Shown: positions 9,041-18,982, counted from the stretch's first letter. The stretch: DNA of 64,000 bases from a virus (IMGVR_UViG_3300029267_001213:1-64000), one strand, 5' to 3'. Notes: generated from the sequence alone by a model not told the origin. Translations and numbers: made by a program.

Positions 9041-11002
9041 ATGCTGAGAGAATTTTTAATAAAAAGCGAACCTGTCGAAGATGAAGAAATTTTTCATCTT
9101 ACTTATATGAAGCCCGAAGAAGTCAGCGTTGTGGACGCAGCTGCCAATAAAAGAAAGTTGCTTGTCATCAAATCGCAGGAAAAAGTTTTCAAGGCCGAGG
9201 TGCCGGATACTGGGGCGACATCAGAAGAAAAGAGAGATGCACAGAAACAGCGTTCGGCTACTTTCGACATTGAAGCACTTGAAGGCAAGGGCGAGAATTT
9301 GACGTATCCAAAGGGCGATCCGACGGACCTTGGATTATATGGTGATCCGGTCAATCTCAAATATCCGTTGGCTTATGCAGGTGAATCAGATCCTGATTTG
9401 GCAAGAGCCAATAATGCAAGAGCACGATTCAAACAGGCAGCGGATACGTATGAACAGACTAGCAGTAAAAGGGTTATTCATACACGGATAGTCAGGGCAC
9501 AGCTTTCTGCTGGTGCAAGCCCTTCGTATAATCCGGACGATGAGCTGGATAAGCTTTTGGCAAGCGATATAAAAGACAAGCTGACCAAGGAAGTTGATGG
9601 CGATGCGGACGAGCTGATGGGCGTTGGTAAGCCACAGATAGGGAGAGCACCTGACGGTGATCCGGGAACGTGGGATATTCAGTCTCTGCTATTTTCTAAA
9701 GATGAGTTTTCACTTAGCGAAGCCAAGACATGGCTCACTGAGCACGACTCTTATAAGAACTATGGCATGGAAGAGACGGATGAATACTACCGGTTCAGAC
9801 AGTACGACCCGGAACATTTTTCTACTTGCAGAATGGTTGATATGACTACTGGAATAAAGGCTGTGTACTGCAAGATTAAACAGAAAGAAAAATCTTCAAA
9901 ACAGGATGCCAAGGTCAGTGAGACTTCATCTGGTACGAGAGCAGAACAGGTTAGCGACGCAAGAGCCGGTCAGCGCGAAAGATCAGGCATTTACGAGATA
10001 GAAGTTCTGGAAGGCAAAGGTGAAGACATTCATCTGTTGTTGCAACAGGGCGAGAATGATGATGAGTACGCGGATCCGGTTAACAGATTATTCCGGCTGT
10101 CATGGTATGATGGCAATGCGGATCCGAGTCAGGTAGCCAGCGCCGTTCAGGAATTTCAATCTTCGGTCGGACTTTACGAACAGAAAACCAGCAAGACGGT
10201 CATCATGGGAAGGATTATTCGGGCAGCATTTCAGGCGATGTTATATCCGAGATTTGAGTCGGATCATCCCTTGTTCGAATACATACCGGAAGACCTGAAG
10301 GCAATGGTTGTTCATGAAAAAGCCGAGAACAAGGATGAAGACAAACAGGACCAGCCGGAAGGCGATGATGCGGGCGCAAGCGATATGGATACAGGACTCA
10401 AGTCGGTCCTGAGTGCTGCGGATAGCGGAATAAAAAGTCTTTTATCACTGGCCGAAGGCATTCGGTCAGGCGAGCAGACGGATGCCAGTGCAGCGAAACA
10501 GAAACTTCTGGATGTAGCCAATGCATTGAATAGTGCAGGAGGCAAGGCTAAGAATGCAGATGCAGATAATGACGAGCCGAATGAGTCGGCGAGTCAGGAT
10601 AAGCCGAAAGAAAAAAATTCTGGCCTTACATCGCAGATAGCGAGTTTGAATTTAGACATAGCAGCAGCCAGATTGGGAAAAAGGAAACCTGTCAACAATG
10701 ATAAGCCGAAGCCTGTTGACAAAGAGGGCAGTGGCAATGGTGGCTCAACATCAGTGAAGGATTCAGGTAAAGGTACTTCGGCCAAGCCTGTAAATAAGAA
10801 TACTTCGAAAGAGAGCGAGCTGCAGCGTGAGGTAGGCGAGCTGAGAAAACAAGTCATCAGACTCAAGAAACAGGTTCTTGCTCCGGCGGGTATAACGGAT
10901 TACCTGTCGAATAAAAACACAGTCGAAGATGATAACGCATGGGATGGCGAGTATGATCTTTCGGCGAGTGTGAAAAAGCAAAAAGAAGCGGGAACTCTGT
11001 AG
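9041..11002 (+). CDS. Multi-domain scaffold / protease-associated head protein
   Basis: N-terminal EEVSVVDAAAN protease strand, duplicated ~100 aa domain, coiled-coil C-terminus; directly before the major capsid gene. Confidence 0.6.
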   Translation: MLREFLIKSEPVEDEEIFHLTYMKPEEVSVVDAAANKRKLLVIKSQEKVFKAEVPDTGATSEEKRDAQKQRSATFDIEALEGKGENLTYPKGDPTDLGLYGDPVNLKYPLAYAGESDPDLARANNARARFKQAADTYEQTSSKRVIHTRIVRAQLSAGASPSYNPDDELDKLLASDIKDKLTKEVDGDADELMGVGKPQIGRAPDGDPGTWDIQSLLFSKDEFSLSEAKTWLTEHDSYKNYGMEETDEYYRFRQYDPEHFSTCRMVDMTTGIKAVYCKIKQKEKSSKQDAKVSETSSGTRAEQVSDARAGQRERSGIYEIEVLEGKGEDIHLLLQQGENDDEYADPVNRLFRLSWYDGNADPSQVASAVQEFQSSVGLYEQKTSKTVIMGRIIRAAFQAMLYPRFESDHPLFEYIPEDLKAMVVHEKAENKDEDKQDQPEGDDAGASDMDTGLKSVLSAADSGIKSLLSLAEGIRSGEQTDASAAKQKLLDVANALNSAGGKAKNADADNDEPNESASQDKPKEKNSGLTSQIASLNLDIAAARLGKRKPVNNDKPKPVDKEGSGNGGSTSVKDSGKGTSAKPVNKNTSKESELQREVGELRKQVIRLKKQVLAPAGITDYLSNKNTVEDDNAWDGEYDLSASVKKQKEAGTL

Positions 11003-11004
11003 CA

Positions 11005-11022
11005 AACCAGAACCAGAACCAG
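11005..11022 (+). repeat. (AACCAG)x3 tandem repeat upstream of the major capsid gene
   Basis: AACCAGAACCAGAACCAG read directly. Confidence 0.8.
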
Positions 11023-11056
11023 CGACAAATAAACTGATTAACGTGGAGGTATTGTT

Positions 11057-11986
11057 ATGAAAGACAATAGAACACTGCTTCAGAAAGCAGATATGTCGCT
11101 GACTGACATAGCAACAGCTGGAGAGCTTTTGCCTATTCAGGCGAAAAAGTTTTTTCAGATTGCAATTGCGTCGGCAAAGCTTCTGGAAGAAATAATGACT
11201 ACAACAATTGGTTCGAAGAAACAGATCCTTCCGAAGATCGTTTTCTCTGGACCTATTCTCAGGCCGGGTGTAAGCGGACAGGCACTGCCCGAAGGTGACA
11301 GGTCCAAGCCCACGACATCGAAGGTGGAGTGGGATACAAAGCTGTTCAAGGCAGAAGTCAGACTTCAGGACGAAGTGGTCGAAGACAACATCGAGCGCAA
11401 CACGTTCACGACTACCATAAGAAACATGATGGCAACGAGAATCGGCTTGGATGTCGAGCACGTTTGCCTGAATGGAGACACTGGATCGGCGGATGCTCTG
11501 CTGGCATCTCTGAACGGACTCAGGAAACAGGCAAGTACGAATGTGGTCAACGCCGGTGTTACTTCTCTGGACAAGGATGTCTTGATTGCATCAATCAAGG
11601 CAATGCCTCTTGAGTTCAGGGACAAAAGGAACATGGCATTTTTCACGTCACCGGATGCGGTCGAAGATTATCATCATACCTTAACAGGTAGGGCGACGAT
11701 CCTCGGCGATGCAGCTCTGGAGAAAGGCATAACGCCGTATTACTCCGGCATTCCGGTGTACATCACGAGCACGTTCCCGGAGAATCTCGGTGGAGCAAAC
11801 AATGAGACAGAAATGCTTCTCATGAATCCGAAAAACGCACAGCTGGCGTGGTGGAGAACTGTGAAGTTCGAGCTGGACAGAGATGTAAGCGCGGGTGAGA
11901 TCATTATCGTGGCCACTATGCGGTTTGACATCAAGTTTGAGCATGAGCCTGCGGTTGTGAAAACGGACGAGATTACGGTTGCGTAG
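11057..11986 (+). CDS. Major capsid protein (HK97 fold, XkdG-like)
   Basis: GELLPIQAKKF, EDNIER, NGDT, LMNPKN and RFD motifs; size and position. Confidence 0.88.
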   Translation: MKDNRTLLQKADMSLTDIATAGELLPIQAKKFFQIAIASAKLLEEIMTTTIGSKKQILPKIVFSGPILRPGVSGQALPEGDRSKPTTSKVEWDTKLFKAEVRLQDEVVEDNIERNTFTTTIRNMMATRIGLDVEHVCLNGDTGSADALLASLNGLRKQASTNVVNAGVTSLDKDVLIASIKAMPLEFRDKRNMAFFTSPDAVEDYHHTLTGRATILGDAALEKGITPYYSGIPVYITSTFPENLGGANNETEMLLMNPKNAQLAWWRTVKFELDRDVSAGEIIIVATMRFDIKFEHEPAVVKTDEITVA

Positions 11987-12010
11987 CAACGGTAAAAAGG
12001 AGGTATAGAC

Positions 12011-12346
12011 ATGACCATAGGAACAATTACAGAAGGATCCAAGAATCAGGGCAATCCCAGTGATCCGATTTTCGTAGTGGACGTTTCGTTCACTGGAGAT
12101 ACATCATATCCGTCAGACGGCACTCCCGGCTTTCAGGCACTGGTCAATGCGGCTGTATTCGGTGGCAAGTCTTCGCTGGAAATTCTGGCGATAATGGACT
12201 TCAGCTGCGGACAGTATATTCCGTATTACGACAAGGACAACGATAAGCTGCTGGTGTTTGACGGCGGACATGCAACGTGGGCTGAAGTCGGTAATGGGAC
12301 AGCTCTGAACGGAACGACTTTCAAGCTTACGCTTCTTATGAAGTAA
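12011..12346 (+). CDS. Putative capsid decoration protein
   Basis: Small beta-rich ORF right after the capsid gene; strong RBS. Confidence 0.45.
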   Translation: MTIGTITEGSKNQGNPSDPIFVVDVSFTGDTSYPSDGTPGFQALVNAAVFGGKSSLEILAIMDFSCGQYIPYYDKDNDKLLVFDGGHATWAEVGNGTALNGTTFKLTLLMK

Positions 12347-12349
12347 TAT

Positions 12350-12394
12350 TATGGTCCGGGGAAGATTAGTATAAACTTTCTTCCCCGGACCATA
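12350..12394 (+). terminator. 16-bp perfect stem-loop (terminator or mRNA stabiliser)
   Basis: TATGGTCCGGGGAAGA / TCTTCCCCGGACCATA; only a weak U-tract follows. Confidence 0.6.
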
Positions 12395-12419
12395 TTAATT
12401 TAAGAAGGAGGAAAAAGTT

Positions 12420-12710
12420 ATGTCTCTCAATACAATAAAATCAGTTGAAGTGTCTGGTACCGGTCTCGATCCAAGCCATGGTCCTGCCTTGGCCAGAATC
12501 AATGCTGCCATTGAAAAGACCAATGATATCGACACGGATAAATGGTCAGAGGGGTCAGAGATAACGCTTAAAGTCTACGAACAGGACGACGAGCCGGAAT
12601 TGACTGAGGATCATAAGATGGCGATTTGGATCGACACGGATGACTCAGACAGGGTACGGCTTCTTTTCAGACGAGGTTCCGGAGACATTGTTAGGACAGA
12701 ACTGGCATAA
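12420..12710 (+). CDS. Hypothetical virion protein
   Basis: ORF with AAGGAGG RBS. Confidence 0.6.
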   Translation: MSLNTIKSVEVSGTGLDPSHGPALARINAAIEKTNDIDTDKWSEGSEITLKVYEQDDEPELTEDHKMAIWIDTDDSDRVRLLFRRGSGDIVRTELA

Positions 12711-12757
12711 GTCTGAACAATAGATGCCTTTAAGGTATCAAGAGACAAGGAGAAACC

Positions 12758-13786
12758 ATGGGACATCAGGAATTAAAAGCGTCGAGAATCTTTTTCGTAG
12801 ACGGATACAGGACGGACGACTACACGGAGAATGGTACTCTGGAGGAGCCGTACAAGACAATTCAAGGCGGATATGATGCTGCAGCTGCATTAAATCCCAC
12901 CCAAGCCAATCCTGCGGCAGTGGTTGTTTTCCCGGGAGAGTATGGCGAGAATCTTATCGTTGACAATGACAATGTGGCGGTCATTGCCATAGGCGGTCAG
13001 CAGGTGACAAACATTCGGCCATCGTCTGGACCAGCTGTTATAATTACCAATGCAACAAGGGCAAGTGTTGCTACCTTTTTGGCCAATGGTGGACACGCCG
13101 ATCCGGATGCTCACTACAGTGATCTTGCAGCTGGAGCTAATCTTCCGAAGAACGTTCAGTTCAGAGACATTACCTTTGGTAAGTCAGGCGGGAGTGGATA
13201 TGACTTGATGGCATTGGGTGTCGGAGATGGAACTGAATTTCTCGGCTCAGAGTTAAACATCATGGGCTGCTGCATCTGGAACGAAACGTATTTGAGATTG
13301 GCAAATTACATCTCCATGCAGGGAGCTACGTGGTGCGCCAATAAGATCGTAGCGTACAATATTGCTGGATGCTGGTGCAATGACTCACAGATCACGGGTT
13401 ATGAAGGTGACTACGACTCAGGTGACGATGAGCCCAGTGATAATGGCAACTACGGCCTATGTGGAGGAAAGACTCTGAACAACGGAAGCATAGAACTGGA
13501 CGGAGAGGCGAGAGCAGGAGCTGGGGATCCAAATGGTGGACTTGTACTTTTCCAGATTGCAGGAAATATTGATCTGAACGAAACGAGCGATATTTCTATA
13601 GCGATGAGTGGAATCGGCGGAAACATTGATGCGGAAGCAGGAGCCAGTTTCGATCTGAAGGGATGCCACGTTCAGGGCAATATTGCCATGGCGAACGGTG
13701 CAGGAACATGTCAGATGGACGGAGGTCATTATATGGGAGTACTTACAGATCCGGGTGGCAAGTTCACGAGAAACGCAGGTGCTTAA
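12758..13786 (+). CDS. Beta-helix (pectin-lyase-like) virion protein
   Basis: NGTLEEPYKTIQ...VVVFPGEYGE N-terminal motif; Gly/Asn-rich strands. Confidence 0.55.
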   Translation: MGHQELKASRIFFVDGYRTDDYTENGTLEEPYKTIQGGYDAAAALNPTQANPAAVVVFPGEYGENLIVDNDNVAVIAIGGQQVTNIRPSSGPAVIITNATRASVATFLANGGHADPDAHYSDLAAGANLPKNVQFRDITFGKSGGSGYDLMALGVGDGTEFLGSELNIMGCCIWNETYLRLANYISMQGATWCANKIVAYNIAGCWCNDSQITGYEGDYDSGDDEPSDNGNYGLCGGKTLNNGSIELDGEARAGAGDPNGGLVLFQIAGNIDLNETSDISIAMSGIGGNIDAEAGASFDLKGCHVQGNIAMANGAGTCQMDGGHYMGVLTDPGGKFTRNAGA

Positions 13787-13826
13787 GAGGGATCAAAATA
13801 ACTGACAATAAAGAAAGGACTAACAT

Positions 13827-15086
13827 ATGAAACCTTCACGAATTCCAAAGGACAGAAATTATCTGACATCCTTGGTAGAAAATTGCATGTCGAGAACCGC
13901 CAAGGTGGAGGCCCGGATCGAGAATGCCTTGGCTCAGACCGCTACGGTGGTAGTGACGGACACGGACGCAGATGCTTTGGCTACTGCAATTGCAGGAGCT
14001 TCGGACGGTGATGTGATAGAGGTTCAGACGAATGCGGCTTATAATCCGGTTGTACTTCCGGCAGATAAGACGCTGATTATCAGGGCCGGTCAGGGCTATG
14101 GACCAAGATTTACCGGATCGAGATGCATACAGATTGCAGACGGTGCGGAGTGCCACTTGGTATCAGGATTTTCATTCGAGAATTACACAACGCCAAATCC
14201 AAATTACAACGGCGCGGCGATAGACTTCGAGACGCGGAATTCGAAGATCACGGACGTGGTCTTTCATAACATGAGTTTCGGACAGGTAACTGCTGGCTCT
14301 GCAGTCATGCTTTCCTATCACTGGTCAGAGGGTGGTGATAATTATGCAGCACCGCCGCAGCTCAATGAGCTGAGTGATACGGTGTCTTTCGTGGATTGTC
14401 ACTTTTGCGAGTCAGGGGCCGAGGGCATAGAGGGCGGTTGTCTTTCACTGAGGGCGATTGCGCATCCTCTTATTCTGAGATGTCAGATAAACGGCGAGGA
14501 GAAAAACAGTCGCGGCATACAGCTGCAGAACTGTACTGATTTATTGATTCGAGATTGTGCAGCTCGCGGTTTCGGAGGAGGCAACGGCGAGGGCATTAAA
14601 ATTGATTCCATTGGCAGTCCAGTTGCAGTGAGGGAAAGTGGACTCGTTTTTAACTGCATTTGTTCAGAATGCGTAGAAGGAATCGACATTGACGATGATG
14701 CGGACGTAGTTGTGCTGGACAATCTTTGCTTCGGCAATACGGACGAGGGAATCAGCATTGACGATTCGGCCAAGTGTCTTTGTGTTGGAAACGTGTGCTT
14801 CGATAATGGAGTTGGAATACTGGCAGAGGCAGGATCAGTTACAGAGATGCAGTATAATTCGTGCTTCGGAAATACAACGGATTATTCTATCTTAAACGGG
14901 TACGCTTTGCCTTCGTCCAATGTGACAAACGCAAACAATGCTTTCAGAAATACTGTTGCAAGAGGAATTCCGTACACGGTCGAAGATGCGGCTGACTGGG
15001 CGGTATCGAGTCCAGTTACGGTTGCGCAGGCTCTGGACAGAATTGCAGATGCAGTTGCCGGACTGCTGGCGGCTCCAATACCGTAG
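13827..15086 (+). CDS. Right-handed parallel beta-helix protein
   Basis: LATAIAGASDGDVIEV start; repeated EGIxID and NxCFxN units. Confidence 0.7.
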   Translation: MKPSRIPKDRNYLTSLVENCMSRTAKVEARIENALAQTATVVVTDTDADALATAIAGASDGDVIEVQTNAAYNPVVLPADKTLIIRAGQGYGPRFTGSRCIQIADGAECHLVSGFSFENYTTPNPNYNGAAIDFETRNSKITDVVFHNMSFGQVTAGSAVMLSYHWSEGGDNYAAPPQLNELSDTVSFVDCHFCESGAEGIEGGCLSLRAIAHPLILRCQINGEEKNSRGIQLQNCTDLLIRDCAARGFGGGNGEGIKIDSIGSPVAVRESGLVFNCICSECVEGIDIDDDADVVVLDNLCFGNTDEGISIDDSAKCLCVGNVCFDNGVGILAEAGSVTEMQYNSCFGNTTDYSILNGYALPSSNVTNANNAFRNTVARGIPYTVEDAADWAVSSPVTVAQALDRIADAVAGLLAAPIP

Positions 15087-15131
15087 TACTGAAGAGACTA
15101 CCAATAGACACAGATAGCAGTTCCTGTTGTT

Positions 15132-15160
15132 TTGGCATATTTTAATTGAAGTGCTATACT
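15132..15160 (+). promoter_or_regulatory. Sigma70-like internal promoter
   Basis: TTGGCA-N17-TATACT with extended -10 TG. Confidence 0.5.
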
Positions 15161-15195
15161 CATTATAGCAGAAGGCAGAAAACAGGAGGTAAATT

Positions 15196-15615
15196 ATGCC
15201 AATAAGTTTAGGAAAACGTCTGGACATAACCCTTACAGACGACGGACCTTTTTATTTTTACTATCTCGGGAAATACGGCGAAAAGTTTAGTATTCAGATC
15301 AGAATGACTACTGGAGTTGGCGCTGGGAAAGATGATCTTTTGCTTGAAGCAGAAATGTGCAACGAGCCACTTAAAGTCAATCAGATTGAATCTATGGAAG
15401 CAGTAGAATTAGATGATGCATTTTCTTCTGTAAGCGATGAGTTACTTGGTGATGCTGCTGGTATTGACAACACAGCAGGAGCAGTCAGCAAGGCAATCTT
15501 TGTGGATGCTGATAAGCATGCTTATTGGTGGAGATTCAAATACAGCAGAACAGACGGAACAGCTGACAATGGTCGTTTGAGAATTAATATATTCGAGCCA
15601 CCTGCACAAAGTTAA
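15196..15615 (+). CDS. Hypothetical protein
   Basis: ORF with AGGAGGT RBS. Confidence 0.65.
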   Translation: MPISLGKRLDITLTDDGPFYFYYLGKYGEKFSIQIRMTTGVGAGKDDLLLEAEMCNEPLKVNQIESMEAVELDDAFSSVSDELLGDAAGIDNTAGAVSKAIFVDADKHAYWWRFKYSRTDGTADNGRLRINIFEPPAQS

Positions 15616-15624
15616 AGGTGATCG

Positions 15625-15912
15625 ATGGCATTCGGCAATCCACCAGAAGAGATTTCAAATCCAGCCACGAGCAATGCTTTATATGAGTATGCATATGAGC
15701 GCGTATGGCTTGAGGAAAAAGGACATTGGGATATAGATTATGGTGAGTTGCCGTCACTACATGAAGAAATCGAAACGGCATTGGATGTAATTGTTAATAT
15801 GGAATGCATTGGCAAGACGTGCAGATTAACAGCGAAGCATCATTTTGATCAGAATGAAATGAGCATTTTGAATGAAATTGTTGAGAGTCATAAAACAGCA
15901 GCTGGAGAATGA
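15625..15912 (+). CDS. Hypothetical protein
   Basis: ORF with AAGGTGA RBS. Confidence 0.6.
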   Translation: MAFGNPPEEISNPATSNALYEYAYERVWLEEKGHWDIDYGELPSLHEEIETALDVIVNMECIGKTCRLTAKHHFDQNEMSILNEIVESHKTAAGE

Positions 15913-15929
15913 AATGACGGGAGACGCAG

Positions 15930-16526
15930 ATGCAGGACAGTTCTGGAAATTCTACTCCACCGAGTTTGATATCAAAAGACGCTCTTGCGGAACGAGTGAA
16001 AAATTTGAAGGAACGGGTTGATGAGATCAAGAGGGATATTAATACCAAAGCCAGCAAGGAAGGATTGAAGGCAGAGGTCAGTAATATGAAAGACGAAGTA
16101 CTGGAAGCCAAATCAATCGCGGTCAAGGCACTAGATAAGCCACATGAATGCATACAGACTAGTGTTATTGATAATATTAAGAATAATATACAGACGTTTT
16201 CCGAGGATATAAAGGAAATAGCCAAGGACAAGAGAAAAACTTTATACTGGGCTATTGGTATTGTAGTCATGATAGCGATTCCTACTATTGCAGCATGGAT
16301 TATTATGGACAGGTCAGTCACAAAAAATACTCAGTCAATCAGTGCAGTTCAGACAGATGTCGATGCTATTAAAATAAAGCAGGAACAGATTCCTAAAGAG
16401 ATAAAGGCCGAGATGAAAGAACAGCAAACTAAGTACGAAAAACAGCTTAATGCAAAGACGGATTTAATCATTGAAGCAATAAAGGTTCGAGTTGAACCAC
16501 GTCGCAGGACAAGGAGTACGAATTAA
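15930..16526 (+). CDS. Coiled-coil protein with one transmembrane helix
   Basis: LYWAIGIVVMIAIPTIAAWII flanked by heptad-like segments. Confidence 0.65.
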   Translation: MQDSSGNSTPPSLISKDALAERVKNLKERVDEIKRDINTKASKEGLKAEVSNMKDEVLEAKSIAVKALDKPHECIQTSVIDNIKNNIQTFSEDIKEIAKDKRKTLYWAIGIVVMIAIPTIAAWIIMDRSVTKNTQSISAVQTDVDAIKIKQEQIPKEIKAEMKEQQTKYEKQLNAKTDLIIEAIKVRVEPRRRTRSTN

Positions 16527-16596
16527 TGAAAAAAGTAAATCTTTACATATGGCTGAGCAAGAATATACTTGCCAGAAAAACCAGAAGGAGGAAAAG

Positions 16597-17208
16597 ATGT
16601 CAGACACAGTATTTGTAAGATTAAAGCCGCATTATCCGAGACTCGGATGTGTACGGGGAACTCAGACCATAATTACAGAGCAGGGGTCATTTAAGTTTTT
16701 CGCTGGCAAATGGGTAAGGGTAGGACGGTCTATTGCAGATCTTCTTTTGAAGAAAAAAATGGATCGGAACAATCCTGCCAGCATTGCGGCATTCGAAATG
16801 GCCGAAACAGCCAAGGACATCAGGCGCATTGAAGATGAATGGAAACAGGCAATGATTGCGGCACAGGCAGAGGACGGTCTTGCTCAGGCGACGGACATTA
16901 TTGCAGATGCAACACAGTTGACGCCGAAGACGGACAAAGGCAGCGTGGATGATGCAATAAGAAAACATCTTGGGGATGATGCAATTGAAGAGGCTAAGAT
17001 TGCTCACAGGAGAGCTGGCGGCACTGTGGATGAAATTATGAACAAGGCCAACGCAATTGAAGACGATGAAGACGAGAACGAAGAGGACGAAGAAATTATG
17101 GAAGTTCCTGAGACGGTAAAGAAAAAAGTCGCCAAGAAAAAAAGTCCTGACAAAAAGAAAGCCAAAGTTGCAAAGAAAAAGATCAGGAGAAAAAAAAGTA
17201 AGGCGTAA
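16597..17208 (+). CDS. Hypothetical protein with acidic then Lys-rich tail
   Basis: ATG 16597 follows AGAAGGAGG; C-terminal KKKVAKKK repeats. Confidence 0.65.
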   Translation: MSDTVFVRLKPHYPRLGCVRGTQTIITEQGSFKFFAGKWVRVGRSIADLLLKKKMDRNNPASIAAFEMAETAKDIRRIEDEWKQAMIAAQAEDGLAQATDIIADATQLTPKTDKGSVDDAIRKHLGDDAIEEAKIAHRRAGGTVDEIMNKANAIEDDEDENEEDEEIMEVPETVKKKVAKKKSPDKKKAKVAKKKIRRKKSKA

Positions 17209-17237
17209 TTATAAATCAGCAACAGAAGGAGACTCAG

Positions 17238-17489
17238 ATGAGCAAGCCAGACGAAGATAGGAATCTGGTCAAGATATATCAGCTTCCGTTGGCAGGATGG
17301 TTATACATGAAAGACATAACTCTGGTGGACTGCTGGGAGGATGACAGGTCATCAGTTTTTCTGTTTGATGATCCGGAATGCAAAACGAAACAGATGGAAA
17401 TAGATTTCCTTAATTCGGAAGCTCATAAGCATGATCAGGCAGTGCGGACATTGAAAAATCTTTTAAGATCTAAGAAACAGAGGCATTAG
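17238..17489 (+). CDS. Hypothetical small protein (DUF5659-like)
   Basis: LPLAGWLY...VFLFDD pattern; RBS present. Confidence 0.5.
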   Translation: MSKPDEDRNLVKIYQLPLAGWLYMKDITLVDCWEDDRSSVFLFDDPECKTKQMEIDFLNSEAHKHDQAVRTLKNLLRSKKQRH

Positions 17490-17491
17490 CG

Positions 17492-18487
17492 ATGTCAGCT
17501 TCTTTGGTATATTTCATTCCGGACATTGATCTGGCCATGTTGAATTATGACCAGATAAGACTGTACAGGGCCGACGCGGTAGATGGCACTTATGCATTGT
17601 TAGGCGCAAAGACTCAGGCGCTTGAATCAGGCAAACGGTTATATACATTTCAGGACGCAGAGGGCGGTGAGGATAAGTGGTATAAATATACTCTTTATAA
17701 TTCGAGCACTCTGAATGAATCGGATTTGTCATATGCCAGAAACGGAGCATCGGTTGAGTACTGTAATATACAGGACCTGAGAGATGAAGGTCTTACGGCT
17801 GCAGCTGCGGATGATAATCGAGTACGCAAAGCAATAGGACTGGCTACGCGGTATATCGAACGTATTACAGGCAACTGGTTTTATCCACGGGAGAGGACAT
17901 TCATTCTGGACGGCATAGGAAAGAACGTTCAATTTCTTCGGCATCCGATTGTTATGATCGAAGAGACAAAAATATTAAGTGACTTAAATGATGAGTTCCT
18001 TACTATCGAGACCCCGGACCTGTATGTTTACAACAGACATTTAACTCAAGGATTACTTTCACCGGATGACAGAAATAGTCCGCGGATTGAAATACGGGAT
18101 TTCAGCACGGCAGCGTTTTACTATTTCGCAAAAGGAAAGCAGAACGTTCAGGTCAAGGGCATATTCGGATGGACGGAACTACAGCCGGGAGCATATGCAG
18201 GGGAAACCGAAGAGGGGTCTCAGATCCCAGTAAATTATGGCACGGTTCCGGACCTTATCAGGCACGCGGCAGTTCTTTTATCGCTGAGAGAAATAGCACT
18301 GAAGACCGATCTTGATGAGCTGGAGGACTGGAGAAAGCGATGGGCCGTTACTCAGCAAAAGACCGAGGACCAGACAATAACGTTTGGCACTCAGGCGTTG
18401 ACAGCCAAGGGTGCTTATACTGGGGATTCGGAAATAGATGATATTCTGGACGCGCATTCAGTGCCGACTATGGTAGGATCTATATGA
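17492..18487 (+). CDS. Head-tail connector / adaptor
   Basis: YCNIQDLRDEG, ATRYIERITG, VPDLIRHA and TGDSEIDDIL motifs; position. Confidence 0.7.
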   Translation: MSASLVYFIPDIDLAMLNYDQIRLYRADAVDGTYALLGAKTQALESGKRLYTFQDAEGGEDKWYKYTLYNSSTLNESDLSYARNGASVEYCNIQDLRDEGLTAAAADDNRVRKAIGLATRYIERITGNWFYPRERTFILDGIGKNVQFLRHPIVMIEETKILSDLNDEFLTIETPDLYVYNRHLTQGLLSPDDRNSPRIEIRDFSTAAFYYFAKGKQNVQVKGIFGWTELQPGAYAGETEEGSQIPVNYGTVPDLIRHAAVLLSLREIALKTDLDELEDWRKRWAVTQQKTEDQTITFGTQALTAKGAYTGDSEIDDILDAHSVPTMVGSI

Positions 18488-18982
18488 ATGAGAGGACGGT
18501 TAATACAGAAGTTCATTCTTTCGGTAAGCAGACTCGATACCAAGGAGACCAGCGAGGCTGACGGATACGATGATGACTACCGGGAGGTACTAAGGACTCC
18601 AGCCACAGATGAATCTATAGGCGATTCAAAGCGCAAAGACCATGATTTGGACAAGATTCCCTGTCAGTTAAGACAGCGGGACATGAATGGTTTATATATG
18701 GTCGCCGGTGGGGATGACTTCAGAGATATTATTCGGATTACTCTTCATTATAGGGACTTGGAAAATCAGGGCTTGGTTGCGGATGATGGCTTTCCGCTGA
18801 TTACCAAAGGCGCGAGAATCGTAGCATTGCACTCTAAGGACGGAAGGCTGGCATTGTCTTTTCCTGCTTCACCGGGCTTATACATTACAAAAGTTGAGCC
18901 GAGGGGATGGGGTATTGACGTGGCAAAGCCCCGGTTAAATTTGATTCGGCTTGAATGCGAAACGAGACAGGGGGCCGGGTAA
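18488..18982 (+). CDS. Putative head closure protein
   Basis: Position after the adaptor; beta-rich. Confidence 0.5.
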   Translation: MRGRLIQKFILSVSRLDTKETSEADGYDDDYREVLRTPATDESIGDSKRKDHDLDKIPCQLRQRDMNGLYMVAGGDDFRDIIRITLHYRDLENQGLVADDGFPLITKGARIVALHSKDGRLALSFPASPGLYITKVEPRGWGIDVAKPRLNLIRLECETRQGAG

